A stretch of DNA of 64,000 nucleotides from Patescibacteria group bacterium (GCA_018830295.1 JAHJSM010000001.1:1980-65979), one strand, 5' to 3'. Shown: positions 55,380-64,000, counted from the first letter of the stretch. The notes: generated by a model from the letters alone, not told the origin. Translations and numbers: made by a program.

Positions 55380-56642
55380 TTAAGTGTTGACGCGCTTTAT
55401 TTCCGCTCCCATTTTTCTCAATCTTTCCTCAATCCTCTCGTATCCGCGGTCTATTTGGTAGATGTTTTCAATGACCGATTCGCCTTGAGCGGAGAGAGCG
55501 GCCGAGACCAACGCGATGCCGGCGCGAATATCGGGACTGACTAATCGCCGGCCATATAATTTCGTTGGACCTTGGACAATCACGCGATGAGGATCGCACA
55601 TAATAATATTCGCCCCCATTTGTTTGAGCGTATCAGTATAAAAAAGGCGTCCTTCAAAAATCGTTTCGTGAATTAAAGAAATTCCTTTCGCTTGAGTCAT
55701 TAAAACGGTAAATGGCGCTTGTAAATCGGTGGGAAATCCTGGATATTCATGCGTTTTTAAATCAACCGATTTCAATCGCGGCGACGGTTTGACCAAAACA
55801 AAATCCTTGCCTATTTCCAAATTAGCGCCCGCCTTATCAAGCAAAGACCAAAGCGCGTCCAAGTGATTCGGGTTCAACCCCGAAACCTTAATCGCGCTGC
55901 CCGCGGTTAATCCCAAGAGAACAAAACTCCCCGCTTCAATCCTGTCTGGAATAATTTGGCAATCCCCTTTGGTTAAATTTTCAACTCCTTCAATCTCCAC
56001 AAAAGGCGTTCCCGCTCCCTTTATTTTCGCGCCACGATCGTTTAAAAAATCAGCCAAAGAGGCGACTTCCGGTTCGCAGGCCGCGTTTTTTAAAAGTGTT
56101 TTTCCTTTAGCTAAAACGGCCGTTAAAATCATTGTCTCGGTGGCAGTCACGCTAATGACGGGAAATGTAAAATTAATTCCTTGAAGCCGTTTTTTTGCCG
56201 TTAAATTATACCCTTCTCCGTTTTCTTTAATCTTAACCCCAAACGCTCTGAACCCGTCCAAAAATATATCTCTCGGTCTTTGCCCAATGACGCATCCGCC
56301 CGGTCGCGGGAAAACAGCTGAACCGCAACGCGCCAATAATGGCCCTGTCATTAAAATTGAGCCCTTCAATCTGCTGGCGATGTCTGAATCAAAAGAAGCA
56401 GTTTGAATATTTTTTGCCCTGACCGTATAGACGCCCTTTAAGCCGTTTTTTATTTCAACGCCCACTCCTTTTAAAAGTTCCAACAAACGGAAAATATCTT
56501 CAATTTGAGGAACATTGGAAATCTTCCATTCTTGGTCCGTTAAAAGCGAAGCCGCCAAAACCTTCAAAGCGGCGTTCTTAGCGCCGTTCACTTTAATCTC
56601 CCCGCTCAATTTTCGCCCGCCTTGGATAATAAACTTTTCCAT
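55380..56642 (-). CDS. murA: UDP-N-acetylglucosamine 1-carboxyvinyltransferase
   Basis: GAKNAALK N-terminal motif and a Cys-containing active-site loop; 420 aa. Confidence 0.95.
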   Translation of the reverse strand: MEKFIIQGGRKLSGEIKVNGAKNAALKVLAASLLTDQEWKISNVPQIEDIFRLLELLKGVGVEIKNGLKGVYTVRAKNIQTASFDSDIASRLKGSILMTGPLLARCGSAVFPRPGGCVIGQRPRDIFLDGFRAFGVKIKENGEGYNLTAKKRLQGINFTFPVISVTATETMILTAVLAKGKTLLKNAACEPEVASLADFLNDRGAKIKGAGTPFVEIEGVENLTKGDCQIIPDRIEAGSFVLLGLTAGSAIKVSGLNPNHLDALWSLLDKAGANLEIGKDFVLVKPSPRLKSVDLKTHEYPGFPTDLQAPFTVLMTQAKGISLIHETIFEGRLFYTDTLKQMGANIIMCDPHRVIVQGPTKLYGRRLVSPDIRAGIALVSAALSAQGESVIENIYQIDRGYERIEERLRKMGAEIKRVNT

Positions 56643-56711
56643 TAAGTTTATATTATCTCATCGCAACCCGCTTGGCAAGACGGTTAATCGGTGTTAAAAT
56701 CGTAAAAGTAT

Positions 56712-57701
56712 ATGACTTTAAGAACGCGCCGCATTATTCTTTGTTTTGTTTTCCTTCTTTTTGTTTTTGCCGCGCCGGCAATCCTTTTTTATTCGTGGGG
56801 ATACGGCTTTGATTGGCAAAAGAAAAAACCCGTCTTAACTGGCGGATTTTATTTTGAATCCATCCCAAAAAAAGCGCGAATCGCGCTCAATGACAAACCG
56901 TCAAAAGAAACCCCTGTTTTTATTAAACGGCTTCTGCCTGGGGAATATCAGGTTAAGATAACCAAAGACGAATTTCAGCCCTGGCAAAAAAAATTAAAAA
57001 TTGAATCGGGACTGGTCGGCGAAGCGAGAAATATTCTTCTCATTCCTTTATCTCCTCAAATTGAGGTGATAGACGAAAATCTGCCCGATGATTTTTCTCT
57101 TGAAAAATTTCTTCTCCAAGAAAAAACAAATACCGATATTTTTTATATTGAAAAGCAAAATTATATTCTCTACAAAACAAACGCGAACAATTCCGCGCAA
57201 GAGCAAATCTGTCTCACCCCTTTGCCCGCGCAAGAATATAGCATTATCATTTCTCCTGTTCAAAAAATCTCCGTTTTGGGCGAAAACAATGAAATGTATC
57301 TCCTGAACCCCGAAACAAAGGCCTTTGAATTAATCGCGCGCGATGTCCAGAATGTTCAATTTTCCAGCGATAATAAAAAAGTCCTCTATTCCACGCCCAA
57401 TGAAATCTGGGTCTATTACTTGGAAGATATTTTAGGCCAGCCAAACAAAAAAGCAAAAGATAAAGAACTCATCACCCGCCTCGGAGAAAAAATTAAAAAC
57501 GCGGTCTGGTATGGAAAAACCAACGAACATATTATTTTCTCAACTGGACAAACCATTAAAATCGCTGAATTAGATGGACGCGACGAAAGAAACATCACTG
57601 ATATCATTAAATTAAACACTGACCAAATCGCCTACGACCCCAAAAAAGAAACCATCCTCGCCGTCAAAAACAAAAAACTCATCCAAATTTCCTTGAAGTA
57701 G
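56712..57701 (+). CDS. Membrane-anchored PEGA-domain protein
   Basis: N-terminal TM helix. IALNDKPSKETPVFIKRLLPGEYQVKITKDEFQPW fits the PEGA domain pattern. One of only two plus-strand genes. Confidence 0.7.
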   Translation: MTLRTRRIILCFVFLLFVFAAPAILFYSWGYGFDWQKKKPVLTGGFYFESIPKKARIALNDKPSKETPVFIKRLLPGEYQVKITKDEFQPWQKKLKIESGLVGEARNILLIPLSPQIEVIDENLPDDFSLEKFLLQEKTNTDIFYIEKQNYILYKTNANNSAQEQICLTPLPAQEYSIIISPVQKISVLGENNEMYLLNPETKAFELIARDVQNVQFSSDNKKVLYSTPNEIWVYYLEDILGQPNKKAKDKELITRLGEKIKNAVWYGKTNEHIIFSTGQTIKIAELDGRDERNITDIIKLNTDQIAYDPKKETILAVKNKKLIQISLK

Positions 57702-57706
57702 TTTTT

Positions 57707-57786
57707 GGGGACAGTCCCTCGCAACAGAGAGGGACTGTCCCCGAAACGCGTGATCGGGGGCTGCCCCCGCAACGGGGGCAGCCCCC
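57707..57786. repeat. Composite element copy 1: B-palindrome (GGGGACAGTCCCTC-GCAACAGAG-AGGGACTGTCCCC), linker GAAACGCGTGATC, then A-palindrome
   Basis: Read directly; AGATTA follows it. Confidence 0.95.
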
Positions 57787-57792
57787 AGATTA

Positions 57793-58000
57793 AAGATCTC
57801 TGTTATAAGGTCAGACCTTCTGAGCGCGACCTTTAGAAAGAAATAAAAGGTCAGACCTTTCCATCAGTTTGTCACGAGAAAATAAACTGTTACGAGTTGT
57901 CGTCTTGAAAGGTCTGACCTTTTATTTCTTTCAGAAGGTCTGACATCGCAAGTAGCGACATTTCTTAAGGTCGCGCTTGAGAGGTCTGACCTTTGAATTT
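57793..58000. repeat. About 200-bp nested imperfect palindrome built from AAGGTCAGACCTT / AAGGTCTGACCTT units between convergent genes
   Basis: At least six copies of the 13-bp palindrome. Arms of about 60 nt (57810-57862 against the reverse complement of 57905-57996) with a 35-nt extra segment in the right arm. Confidence 0.8.
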
Positions 58001-58008
58001 TGAATTGA

Positions 58009-58115
58009 AAAACCCCGCGAAAGCGGGGTTTTATCTTTGGGGACAGTCCCTCGCCGCGAGGGACTGTCCCCGGAACGCGTGATCGGGGGCTGCCCCCGCA
58101 ACGGGGGCAGCCCCC
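58009..58115. repeat. Hairpin AAAACCCCGCGAAAGCGGGGTTTTATC followed by composite element copy 2 (B-palindrome, GGAACGCGTGATC, A-palindrome)
   Basis: Read directly. The ORF-track peptide MGTVPRREGLSPERVIGGCPRNGGSPQI is its translation. Confidence 0.95.
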
Positions 58116-58187
58116 AGATTAACTTTGAAATGAAAAAAGGGATATTCAATTATGAATATCCCTTTTATTTTTTTGAAAAACGAACAA

Positions 58188-60323
58188 CTAACTCCAACAA
58201 TCAGGACTTAATTGACCGCTTCTTTTTACATACGGGCACATTTGATTGAATTTATCATATACCCATTTAATTTGTTTAAGAAACTGCCATAATAAGATAA
58301 ATGGCCCAAAAAACATTTTGATGGCTTTAATAACCATTTCTCTTCTTTCATACTTTATTCTTGATTTTTCATCTATTTGATGAATCGCTTCATCAAACTC
58401 CATCCCGCCTACAACCATCTGAAATGCTTTGAACAACTTGTCTGAAAAAGAACGCGTTTGAAGTTTTCCAAACTTTCCTAAGAATTTTTCAAGAATATCT
58501 ACGATTTCCTCTGACATAACAGGCAGTAATATTCTACATGCTTGCGCTTTGTTTTCTTCGTAGGCAAAAATAGAATATATTATCAGATAAGCCCGGCGAA
58601 GCAACTTAGCTTGTTGTATTTCATCTATGTTTTTATAATAACGATTTTTGTTAAGAAGCCGTTTAAGTTTGAATCGACTAATCGGCAAAAATACCATTGT
58701 CTTGTCGTCAGAGAACCATTGACTATATCGTAGCGCTTCTGGGTCATAATTAAGCGTTAGATATACCATCCAGCCAGAAAAACATAAGCACATTATCCAC
58801 GCAGAAGTAACAAGCAATACTTGAAAAATTGACATTACTTCAACAGCAAGAATTATATTATAAATCATCAATATCAGACCACCTACAATTATCGCGCCGC
58901 TAATACCCGTGGCAAAACTAATAAGCCAATTTAACGCTTTTTCGTTCGTAATTAAAGAACATATCGCGAAAAGTAATATAGATAAAGCCATTAGCCCAAA
59001 GATAAACAATCCCGGAATTCCAAGCATAAGCAACGCTTTCCAAAATATCGCCCAAAATACGGCAATCGCCTCGCTAAACAGATGTCCATAACGCAGAAAA
59101 AGTTCCGCTACAATACGCGCGCCGAACATAAGATAGATGAATTGAAAAACAAAATGATGTTCATTAAAGTTCGGAAGCCTGTGTCTGTCGTTATAAACCG
59201 CCCAATTCCCAAAATATAAACAAAAAACCGCGATAATGGCTATAGCGCCGAGAACGCCAAATCCTGGAAATAGGAAGTCAAAAAGCATTTTAGATACCGC
59301 AGCAAAAGCAAGCAATGCGAAAACAACAACAGATACAATCAAAACTACATCGGCATATTTTTTTGTTGAATCCTCAAGCCGGTCAGAGTAAGCCCTTAAA
59401 ACTTCTCTTTTATTTGGTGGTAAAATCCAACGGATAAGCGACCATAATAAAGCGCTAACAATCCAAAGCGGCGTTATTAACCCCAAAACAAAAAGCGGTC
59501 CCGCCCATTGCAAATCCGACCATGAAGCAACTGAATCGTAGAATAACCCGCCGCAAACAGCAGCCGCAGGAGAAAGAACCCAGAATACCAAATGCGCGAT
59601 TATTGTCCACCAAAACCCGGGACAGATATGACTTTTAAGTTGGACTGTTTGATCTCTCATCCATCCATAACTGCTTCTGGCTGTCCTATACAACCACCAA
59701 TATTTCCCAAATTCCTGATTAACGATAAAATCATTCGCATGATTTTTAATAGACAAGAAGTCGCGCCATGTTTTTACCTGGGCTCTAATATCATCATTCA
59801 ATCCGTTGCGATAAGCGCTAAACCCCATATCAAGACCCATTAAATTGTATGACCAAGACCCCCTTCCTTTGTCATGAACGGAATAATCAACTTCTTCCGC
59901 TAAAAGAGATTCAACCTTAAAGCGTTTTTGCCATCGCTCAAAACGAGTCAAAACGCGCGGTTGTTTTTGGTTTACAATTAGGTCTAAATAATTTTGTCTA
60001 ATGGCGTCTATCTCCTCCTTTGATATTCGCCGCAGAAACGATGAATACGACTCAAAATTAATATTATACCTCCACAATACCCGACGCCAAATTGAGACAG
60101 GCAACGATTCAATCATTGAGATAATGAATATGTATTGATTGCTATGTCCTATAAACATATTCAAAAATTTCCCTCGTGTTTCCCTGTCCTGAATCCGAAC
60201 TTCTGTTTGCGTAAATTCCCAGAATTTTAACGCTTGATGAATACTGTCATCAGGTCGTCGCGGCGTATTATCTACGCCAATACAATCAACAACTCTTTGA
60301 TATAGATCATTAATCTTGTTCAT
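58188..60323 (-). CDS. Large polytopic membrane protein (711 aa) with an N-terminal soluble domain, about 10 TM helices and a C-terminal soluble domain; function unknown
   Basis: Long intact ORF with an extended hydrophobic core. No family recognised. Confidence 0.7.
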   Translation of the reverse strand: MNKINDLYQRVVDCIGVDNTPRRPDDSIHQALKFWEFTQTEVRIQDRETRGKFLNMFIGHSNQYIFIISMIESLPVSIWRRVLWRYNINFESYSSFLRRISKEEIDAIRQNYLDLIVNQKQPRVLTRFERWQKRFKVESLLAEEVDYSVHDKGRGSWSYNLMGLDMGFSAYRNGLNDDIRAQVKTWRDFLSIKNHANDFIVNQEFGKYWWLYRTARSSYGWMRDQTVQLKSHICPGFWWTIIAHLVFWVLSPAAAVCGGLFYDSVASWSDLQWAGPLFVLGLITPLWIVSALLWSLIRWILPPNKREVLRAYSDRLEDSTKKYADVVLIVSVVVFALLAFAAVSKMLFDFLFPGFGVLGAIAIIAVFCLYFGNWAVYNDRHRLPNFNEHHFVFQFIYLMFGARIVAELFLRYGHLFSEAIAVFWAIFWKALLMLGIPGLFIFGLMALSILLFAICSLITNEKALNWLISFATGISGAIIVGGLILMIYNIILAVEVMSIFQVLLVTSAWIMCLCFSGWMVYLTLNYDPEALRYSQWFSDDKTMVFLPISRFKLKRLLNKNRYYKNIDEIQQAKLLRRAYLIIYSIFAYEENKAQACRILLPVMSEEIVDILEKFLGKFGKLQTRSFSDKLFKAFQMVVGGMEFDEAIHQIDEKSRIKYERREMVIKAIKMFFGPFILLWQFLKQIKWVYDKFNQMCPYVKRSGQLSPDCWS

Positions 60324-60451
60324 TAGCCCCCTCCTTTTCTGATTTAATGAATTATAAGATGCTTATATTATTTATTTATTTTTAAAGATCCAACCAAAAT
60401 ATAACAAATTATGTCGTTTTTGTCAAAATTTCCTTGGAATGATTGAGATGT

Positions 60452-60566
60452 GGGGACAGTCCCTCGCAACAGAGAGGGACTGTCCCCGGAACGCGTGAAT
60501 GGGGGCTGCCCCCGCAACGGGGGCAGCCCCCAGATTAAAAAAACCCCGCGAAAGCGGGGTTTTATC
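60452..60566. repeat. Composite element copy 3 (B-palindrome, GGAACGCGTGAAT, A-palindrome), followed by the same CCCCGCGAAAGCGGGG hairpin
   Basis: Read directly; it has the same components, in the same orientation, as copy 2. Confidence 0.95.
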
Positions 60567-60575
60567 TTTTGTTTC

Positions 60576-61121
60576 TTATCTCTTCCTCCACTGCGGAGCT
60601 CGGCGGGCTTTTTTGAGTCCTGGCTTTTTTCTTTCTACACTGCGCGGGTCGCGAGTAAGATAACCTGCTCTTTTTAATTTCTTTGAAAAATCAGCGTTAA
60701 ATTTAACTAAAGCGCGCGCCAATCCATGACGAATCGCGTCCGCTTGTCCTCTCATGCCGCCGCCTTTTACCTTAGCCGTCACCTCGAACCTATTAAGCGA
60801 CTTCATTTTTGAAAGCGCGTTGATAACCGTCTGACGCAACTCAAAAGTAGTAAAAAATTCATCGTACGGCTTTCCGTTAACCGTAATTCTTCCTTTTTCA
60901 TCTTCAAACGGCTGGCAAGTAAAAAGACGAACGCGAGCCGTCGCTTCTTTGCGCCGTCCTACCGCTTCGTAATATCGTTTAACCTCGTCTTTTTTGACTA
61001 ATTTTTTTTCCACTTTCACAACTGGTTTTTTCTTTACGACTGGCTTTTTCTTCGCGACTGTTTTTTTAGACGCGACTTTTTTAGTCAAAACTTTCTTTAT
61101 AACTTTCTTTTTTTCAGTCAT
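60576..61121 (-). CDS. rpsI: 30S ribosomal protein S9 with a lysine-rich N-terminal extension
   Basis: The C-terminal ~130 aa match S9 (GGGMRGQADAIRHGLARAL...KKARRAPQWRKR). About 50 extra K/V-rich residues at the N-terminus. Confidence 0.9.
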   Translation of the reverse strand: MTEKKKVIKKVLTKKVASKKTVAKKKPVVKKKPVVKVEKKLVKKDEVKRYYEAVGRRKEATARVRLFTCQPFEDEKGRITVNGKPYDEFFTTFELRQTVINALSKMKSLNRFEVTAKVKGGGMRGQADAIRHGLARALVKFNADFSKKLKRAGYLTRDPRSVERKKPGLKKARRAPQWRKR

Positions 61122-61486
61122 TATTTTGAAATTTCTCCTTTATACAATGTCAATTTTTTAATAAACTTATCACGCAGTTTATTTTTAGGAAGCATCCCGT
61201 AAACAGCCGTCTTAATCACTTTGCGAGAATCCCTCTTAAGTAGGTTTTCCAAAACCTCTTCCTTAATTCCGCCTGGATATCCCGTGTGTCGATAATATAT
61301 TTTTTGCTTTAACTTATTTCCCGTCACTCGGATTTGATCAGTGTTTATAACAACCACATTATCGCCCATATCTAAATAAGGGACAAAATCCGCCTTGCCC
61401 TTGCCGCGCAATAAATTAGCCACCTCAACGGCCATCCGCCCTAATATTTGATTTTTTGCGTCAATAATATGCTTTTTCATAATCAT
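61121..61486 (-). CDS. rplM: 50S ribosomal protein L13
   Basis: LGRMAVEVANLLRGK and YYRHTGYPGGIK motifs. Confidence 0.9.
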   Translation of the reverse strand: MIMKKHIIDAKNQILGRMAVEVANLLRGKGKADFVPYLDMGDNVVVINTDQIRVTGNKLKQKIYYRHTGYPGGIKEEVLENLLKRDSRKVIKTAVYGMLPKNKLRDKFIKKLTLYKGEISK

Positions 61487-61836
61487 TAAGCGACCAATTC
61501 AATTATCGCCATTTTAGCTCCATCCGTTTTACGCGGGTTTAATTTAATAATCCTCGTATATCCGCCCGCTCTTTCTTTAAAGCGAGGTCCAATTTCCGTA
61601 ACAATCTTCTTGCGCGCCTTTTCAGGAAGATATTTTGCCAAATACTTAATCGCCGATAAATCGCCCTTCTTCCCTTTGGTAATTAATTTTTCAACAAAAG
61701 GCCTTGTCTCTTTCGCTTTTGCTTCAGTCGTAGTAATTTTTTCCTTCAAAATTAAATTAGCCGCCAGAGTTTTCAGCAAAGCCGCGCGTTGTCCTTTTTC
61801 ACGCCCTAATTTTCTTATTTTATTTCCGTGCTTCAT
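61486..61836 (-). CDS. rplQ: 50S ribosomal protein L17
   Basis: KLGR..G.R.ALL..L...L and GGYTRIIKL motifs. Confidence 0.9.
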   Translation of the reverse strand: MKHGNKIRKLGREKGQRAALLKTLAANLILKEKITTTEAKAKETRPFVEKLITKGKKGDLSAIKYLAKYLPEKARKKIVTEIGPRFKERAGGYTRIIKLNPRKTDGAKMAIIELVA

Positions 61837-62825
61837 TGTTTTAGAGTTAACCCTAACTTGCCCAACGCTCTTTTAATCTCAACAATACCTTTGCCGCCTA
61901 ATCCTTCAATCTCCCCTAAATCACTCTCGTTTTTTCTAATTAAACCCGCCGCTGTCTTTATTCCAGCCGCTTCAAGAACAGCAACAATTCGCGAGGACAA
62001 TTTCAAATCCTCCACTCGATGCTTCGCCATTCCTTCTTTTGTCTCAAGAGCTGGTTTAGCTTTTTGAACTGCTTTCTTTTCTTTTTTCTTTTTCTCCACA
62101 TTTTCTGCGGCAGTCTTCTTTTTCAATTTCTTTTTTTTGCTTTCCTTTTCCAAAAGAGTAAAAACCTTAAATTGATCAACCAAAATCTTGCCCGCGCTCA
62201 AAAACGCTTCTTCGGGAGTAATTGTCCCGTCCGTTTCTACATCAAAAACCAAGCGGTCATAATCTGTTCTCTCGCCCACTCGCATATTCTCTATGATATA
62301 ATTCACTTTAAGAATCGGGCTAAAAATAGCGTCAATCGCGATTTTGCCAACTTCCAACTTTTCTTTCTTGCGGCTTTCAGTGGAAGAATACCCCAAACCA
62401 AAACCAACTTCAATTTCTATTTCCAATTCCGCGTTTTTATCGCTTAAAGAAGCGATATGCGCGTCTTTATTAACAACTTCCAGTCCCGTCACCATTTTAA
62501 TATCACCCGCTTTTACTTCGCCCGCTCCTTTTGCTTTAAGCGAAACCGCGACCAGACCTTCTGTTTGCATTTTGAACCTGACTTGTTTCAGGTTAAGAAT
62601 AATTTGAACAACATCTTCCACAACGCCAGAAATGGCCGAAAACTCGTGAAGAATACCTTTAATTTTAATATTAACAATCGCCGCCCCGCCAAGCGAAGAC
62701 AAAAGAATTCTTCGAAAAGCGTTCCCTAAAGTAATCCCATATCCAGGATAGCATTCCTCTATTTCAAACGATGCCCTATTATTCCCTGTTTTGGTAATTT
62801 TTGGTTTTTTAGGTATTGTAATCAT
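61833..62825 (-). CDS. rpoA: DNA-directed RNA polymerase subunit alpha
   Basis: N-terminal domain (GYGITLGNAFRRILLSS) and C-terminal alpha-CTD (LGEIEGLGGKGIVEI). Confidence 0.95.
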   Translation of the reverse strand: MITIPKKPKITKTGNNRASFEIEECYPGYGITLGNAFRRILLSSLGGAAIVNIKIKGILHEFSAISGVVEDVVQIILNLKQVRFKMQTEGLVAVSLKAKGAGEVKAGDIKMVTGLEVVNKDAHIASLSDKNAELEIEIEVGFGLGYSSTESRKKEKLEVGKIAIDAIFSPILKVNYIIENMRVGERTDYDRLVFDVETDGTITPEEAFLSAGKILVDQFKVFTLLEKESKKKKLKKKTAAENVEKKKKEKKAVQKAKPALETKEGMAKHRVEDLKLSSRIVAVLEAAGIKTAAGLIRKNESDLGEIEGLGGKGIVEIKRALGKLGLTLKQ

Positions 62826-62855
62826 AAAATTTTTACTATTTTTTAAAATTAATTA

Positions 62856-63482
62856 TTACCGACTATAAAATTCTACAATCCTGCTTATTTCCGCGACTTT
62901 TTCCCAATTATCTAAGCCAGGCATGGTCTTTACTTCTCCAACAAATTTTTGTTTATCTGAAGAAATCCAAACGGGAATTTCGCATTTTTTTAAATTCGCT
63001 TTGATTGTTTCAAAAATAGCCAATTTTTTGGTTCTTTCTTTAATCTTAATAATATCTCCCTTTTTAACTTGATAAGAAGGAATATCAATCTTCCGCCCGT
63101 TGACTAAAATATGGCCATGATTAACTAATTGCCTAGACAGTCGTCTTGAATTCGCCCAGCCCAAACGAAAAACAATATTATCAAGGCGATTTTCCAATTT
63201 TTGGACCAAAAGTATTTCTTTGTCCCCTTCTTGCTGAACGATCTCTTTGAAATAATTTTTAAATTGCTTTTCAGAAACGCCGTAAGCATACCGCGCTTTT
63301 TGTTTCTCCGCTAATTGCAAACCATATTCTGAAGGTCTTCTTTTGAACGCTTTGCCGTGAACTCCGGGAGCGTAAGGCCGCCGCGTCATAGCGCATTTTT
63401 GGCCAAAGCACCGCTCACCCTTCAAAAAAAGCTTTTGATTGGCTCGCCTACATTTTTTACATTTAGCTTCAAGAATAATCAT
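62856..63482 (-). CDS. rpsD: 30S ribosomal protein S4 (zinc-ribbon type)
   Basis: CKKCRR...C...C N-terminus and an S4 RNA-binding domain. Confidence 0.9.
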   Translation of the reverse strand: MIILEAKCKKCRRANQKLFLKGERCFGQKCAMTRRPYAPGVHGKAFKRRPSEYGLQLAEKQKARYAYGVSEKQFKNYFKEIVQQEGDKEILLVQKLENRLDNIVFRLGWANSRRLSRQLVNHGHILVNGRKIDIPSYQVKKGDIIKIKERTKKLAIFETIKANLKKCEIPVWISSDKQKFVGEVKTMPGLDNWEKVAEISRIVEFYSR

Positions 63483-63504
63483 AACTACAAAATAAATAAA
63501 TTTA

Positions 63505-63978
63505 TTACACTCTCCTTGGTTTGCGCGGACGACAGCCGTTATGAGGAACGGGAGTCAAATCTTTAATCGCGCTTATTTCCAATCCATGGTTGACTAAGGC
63601 GCGAATGGCCGCGTCGCGACTACTCCCCACGCCCTTAACAAAAACCTCTATCTCTCTAATGTTAAATTTTTTCACTTTTTCTATCAATGTTTCTATCACC
63701 CGCGAAGCTGCGAAAGGAGTCGCTTTTTTAGGACCCTTAAAGCCAACTGAGCCGGCGCTTGACCAAGCAATCACACTTCCTTGAGCATTAGCAAAAGTGA
63801 CAATCGTATTATTATAACTTGATTGGATATAAACATGAGCGCGTCCAACTAAGCCGACTTTGCTTTTTCCGCTTTTCGGCTGGACGCTTTGGGATGCTTT
63901 TTTCTCAACCGATTCTCTGTTCTCGGCCTCCTTCAAAAGATCCTCTTTAGTGCTTTTTATAACTTTCTTTTTACCCAT
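63505..63978 (-). CDS. rpsK: 30S ribosomal protein S11 with an N-terminal extension
   Basis: HVYIQSSYNNTIVTFANAQG...GPKKATPFAA matches the S11 core. Confidence 0.9.
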   Translation of the reverse strand: MGKKKVIKSTKEDLLKEAENRESVEKKASQSVQPKSGKSKVGLVGRAHVYIQSSYNNTIVTFANAQGSVIAWSSAGSVGFKGPKKATPFAASRVIETLIEKVKKFNIREIEVFVKGVGSSRDAAIRALVNHGLEISAIKDLTPVPHNGCRPRKPRRV

Positions 63979-64000
63979 AAAAATTATTATTCTCTATTTA

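Noticed and set aside
58037-58249. 70-aa plus-strand ORF (MGTVPRREGLSPERVIGGCPRNGGSPQI...)
   Set aside because: Direct translation of composite repeat copy 2. A near-identical artefact arises at 60450-60677 from copy 3.

Overview
The window is 64 kb of AT-rich (roughly 40% GC), gene-dense bacterial DNA. Nearly every gene runs on the minus strand; the only plus-strand genes are a PEGA-domain protein and hypC. Gene content and style (split transketolase, group 3 NiFe hydrogenase, type IV pilin, giant surface protein, lysine-rich extensions on ribosomal proteins) suggest a small-genome, possibly CPR/Patescibacteria-like organism. That is inference only, because no rRNA is present to anchor it.

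Core genes, in window order:
- Sugar-phosphate supercluster: ferredoxin, fba, an unknown 423-aa protein, a PfkB kinase, transketolase split into C- and N-terminal subunits, rpe, rpiB, gap, a pilin, a glutaredoxin and trxB.
- A four-gene NiFe hydrogenase operon in beta-gamma-delta-alpha order, with a convergent hypC.
- Housekeeping and envelope genes: dsbA-like, cysS, tgt, a SpoU methyltransferase, GH1 and clan GH-A glycosidases, mutM, two mreB paralogs, proS, rseP, frr, holB, two GT4 glycosyltransferases and murA.
- A ribosomal/rpoA block at the 3' end: rpsK, rpsD, rpoA, rplQ, rplM, rpsI.

Accessory content:
- A Panacea (SocA-like) antitoxin gene tightly coupled to an unknown 127-aa gene. The pair is bracketed by two identical 37-bp promoter-like repeats and carries a 27-bp palindromic operator.
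- An AbiEi/AbiEii pair next to a DUF4143 AAA ATPase.
- A BRO-N islet that may carry an antisense small RNA.
- A cohesin-like anchor protein, a dockerin protein and a 2175-aa adhesin-like giant protein.
- A GxxExxY gene with a four-helix-bundle gene beside it, enclosed by perfect 14-bp inverted repeats and 19-bp direct repeats.
- Three paralogous small coiled-coil proteins scattered through the window.

The most unusual feature is a pair of related GC-rich perfect-palindrome repeat families, A (GGGGGCTGCCCCC, a 5-nt spacer, then GGGGGCAGCCCCC) and B (GGGGACAGTCCCC, a spacer, then GGGGACTGTCCCC). At least 17 copies occur. Most sit in operon spacers just upstream of start codons, which creates false N-terminal extensions (GAAPVAGAAP, GTVPATGTVP) in the ORF track. 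Two are inserted in frame inside conserved enzymes (tgt and a GT4 glycosyltransferase). Three are assembled into a composite B+A element that brackets a 711-aa membrane protein gene.

No rRNA gene, tRNA gene or CRISPR array was recognised.
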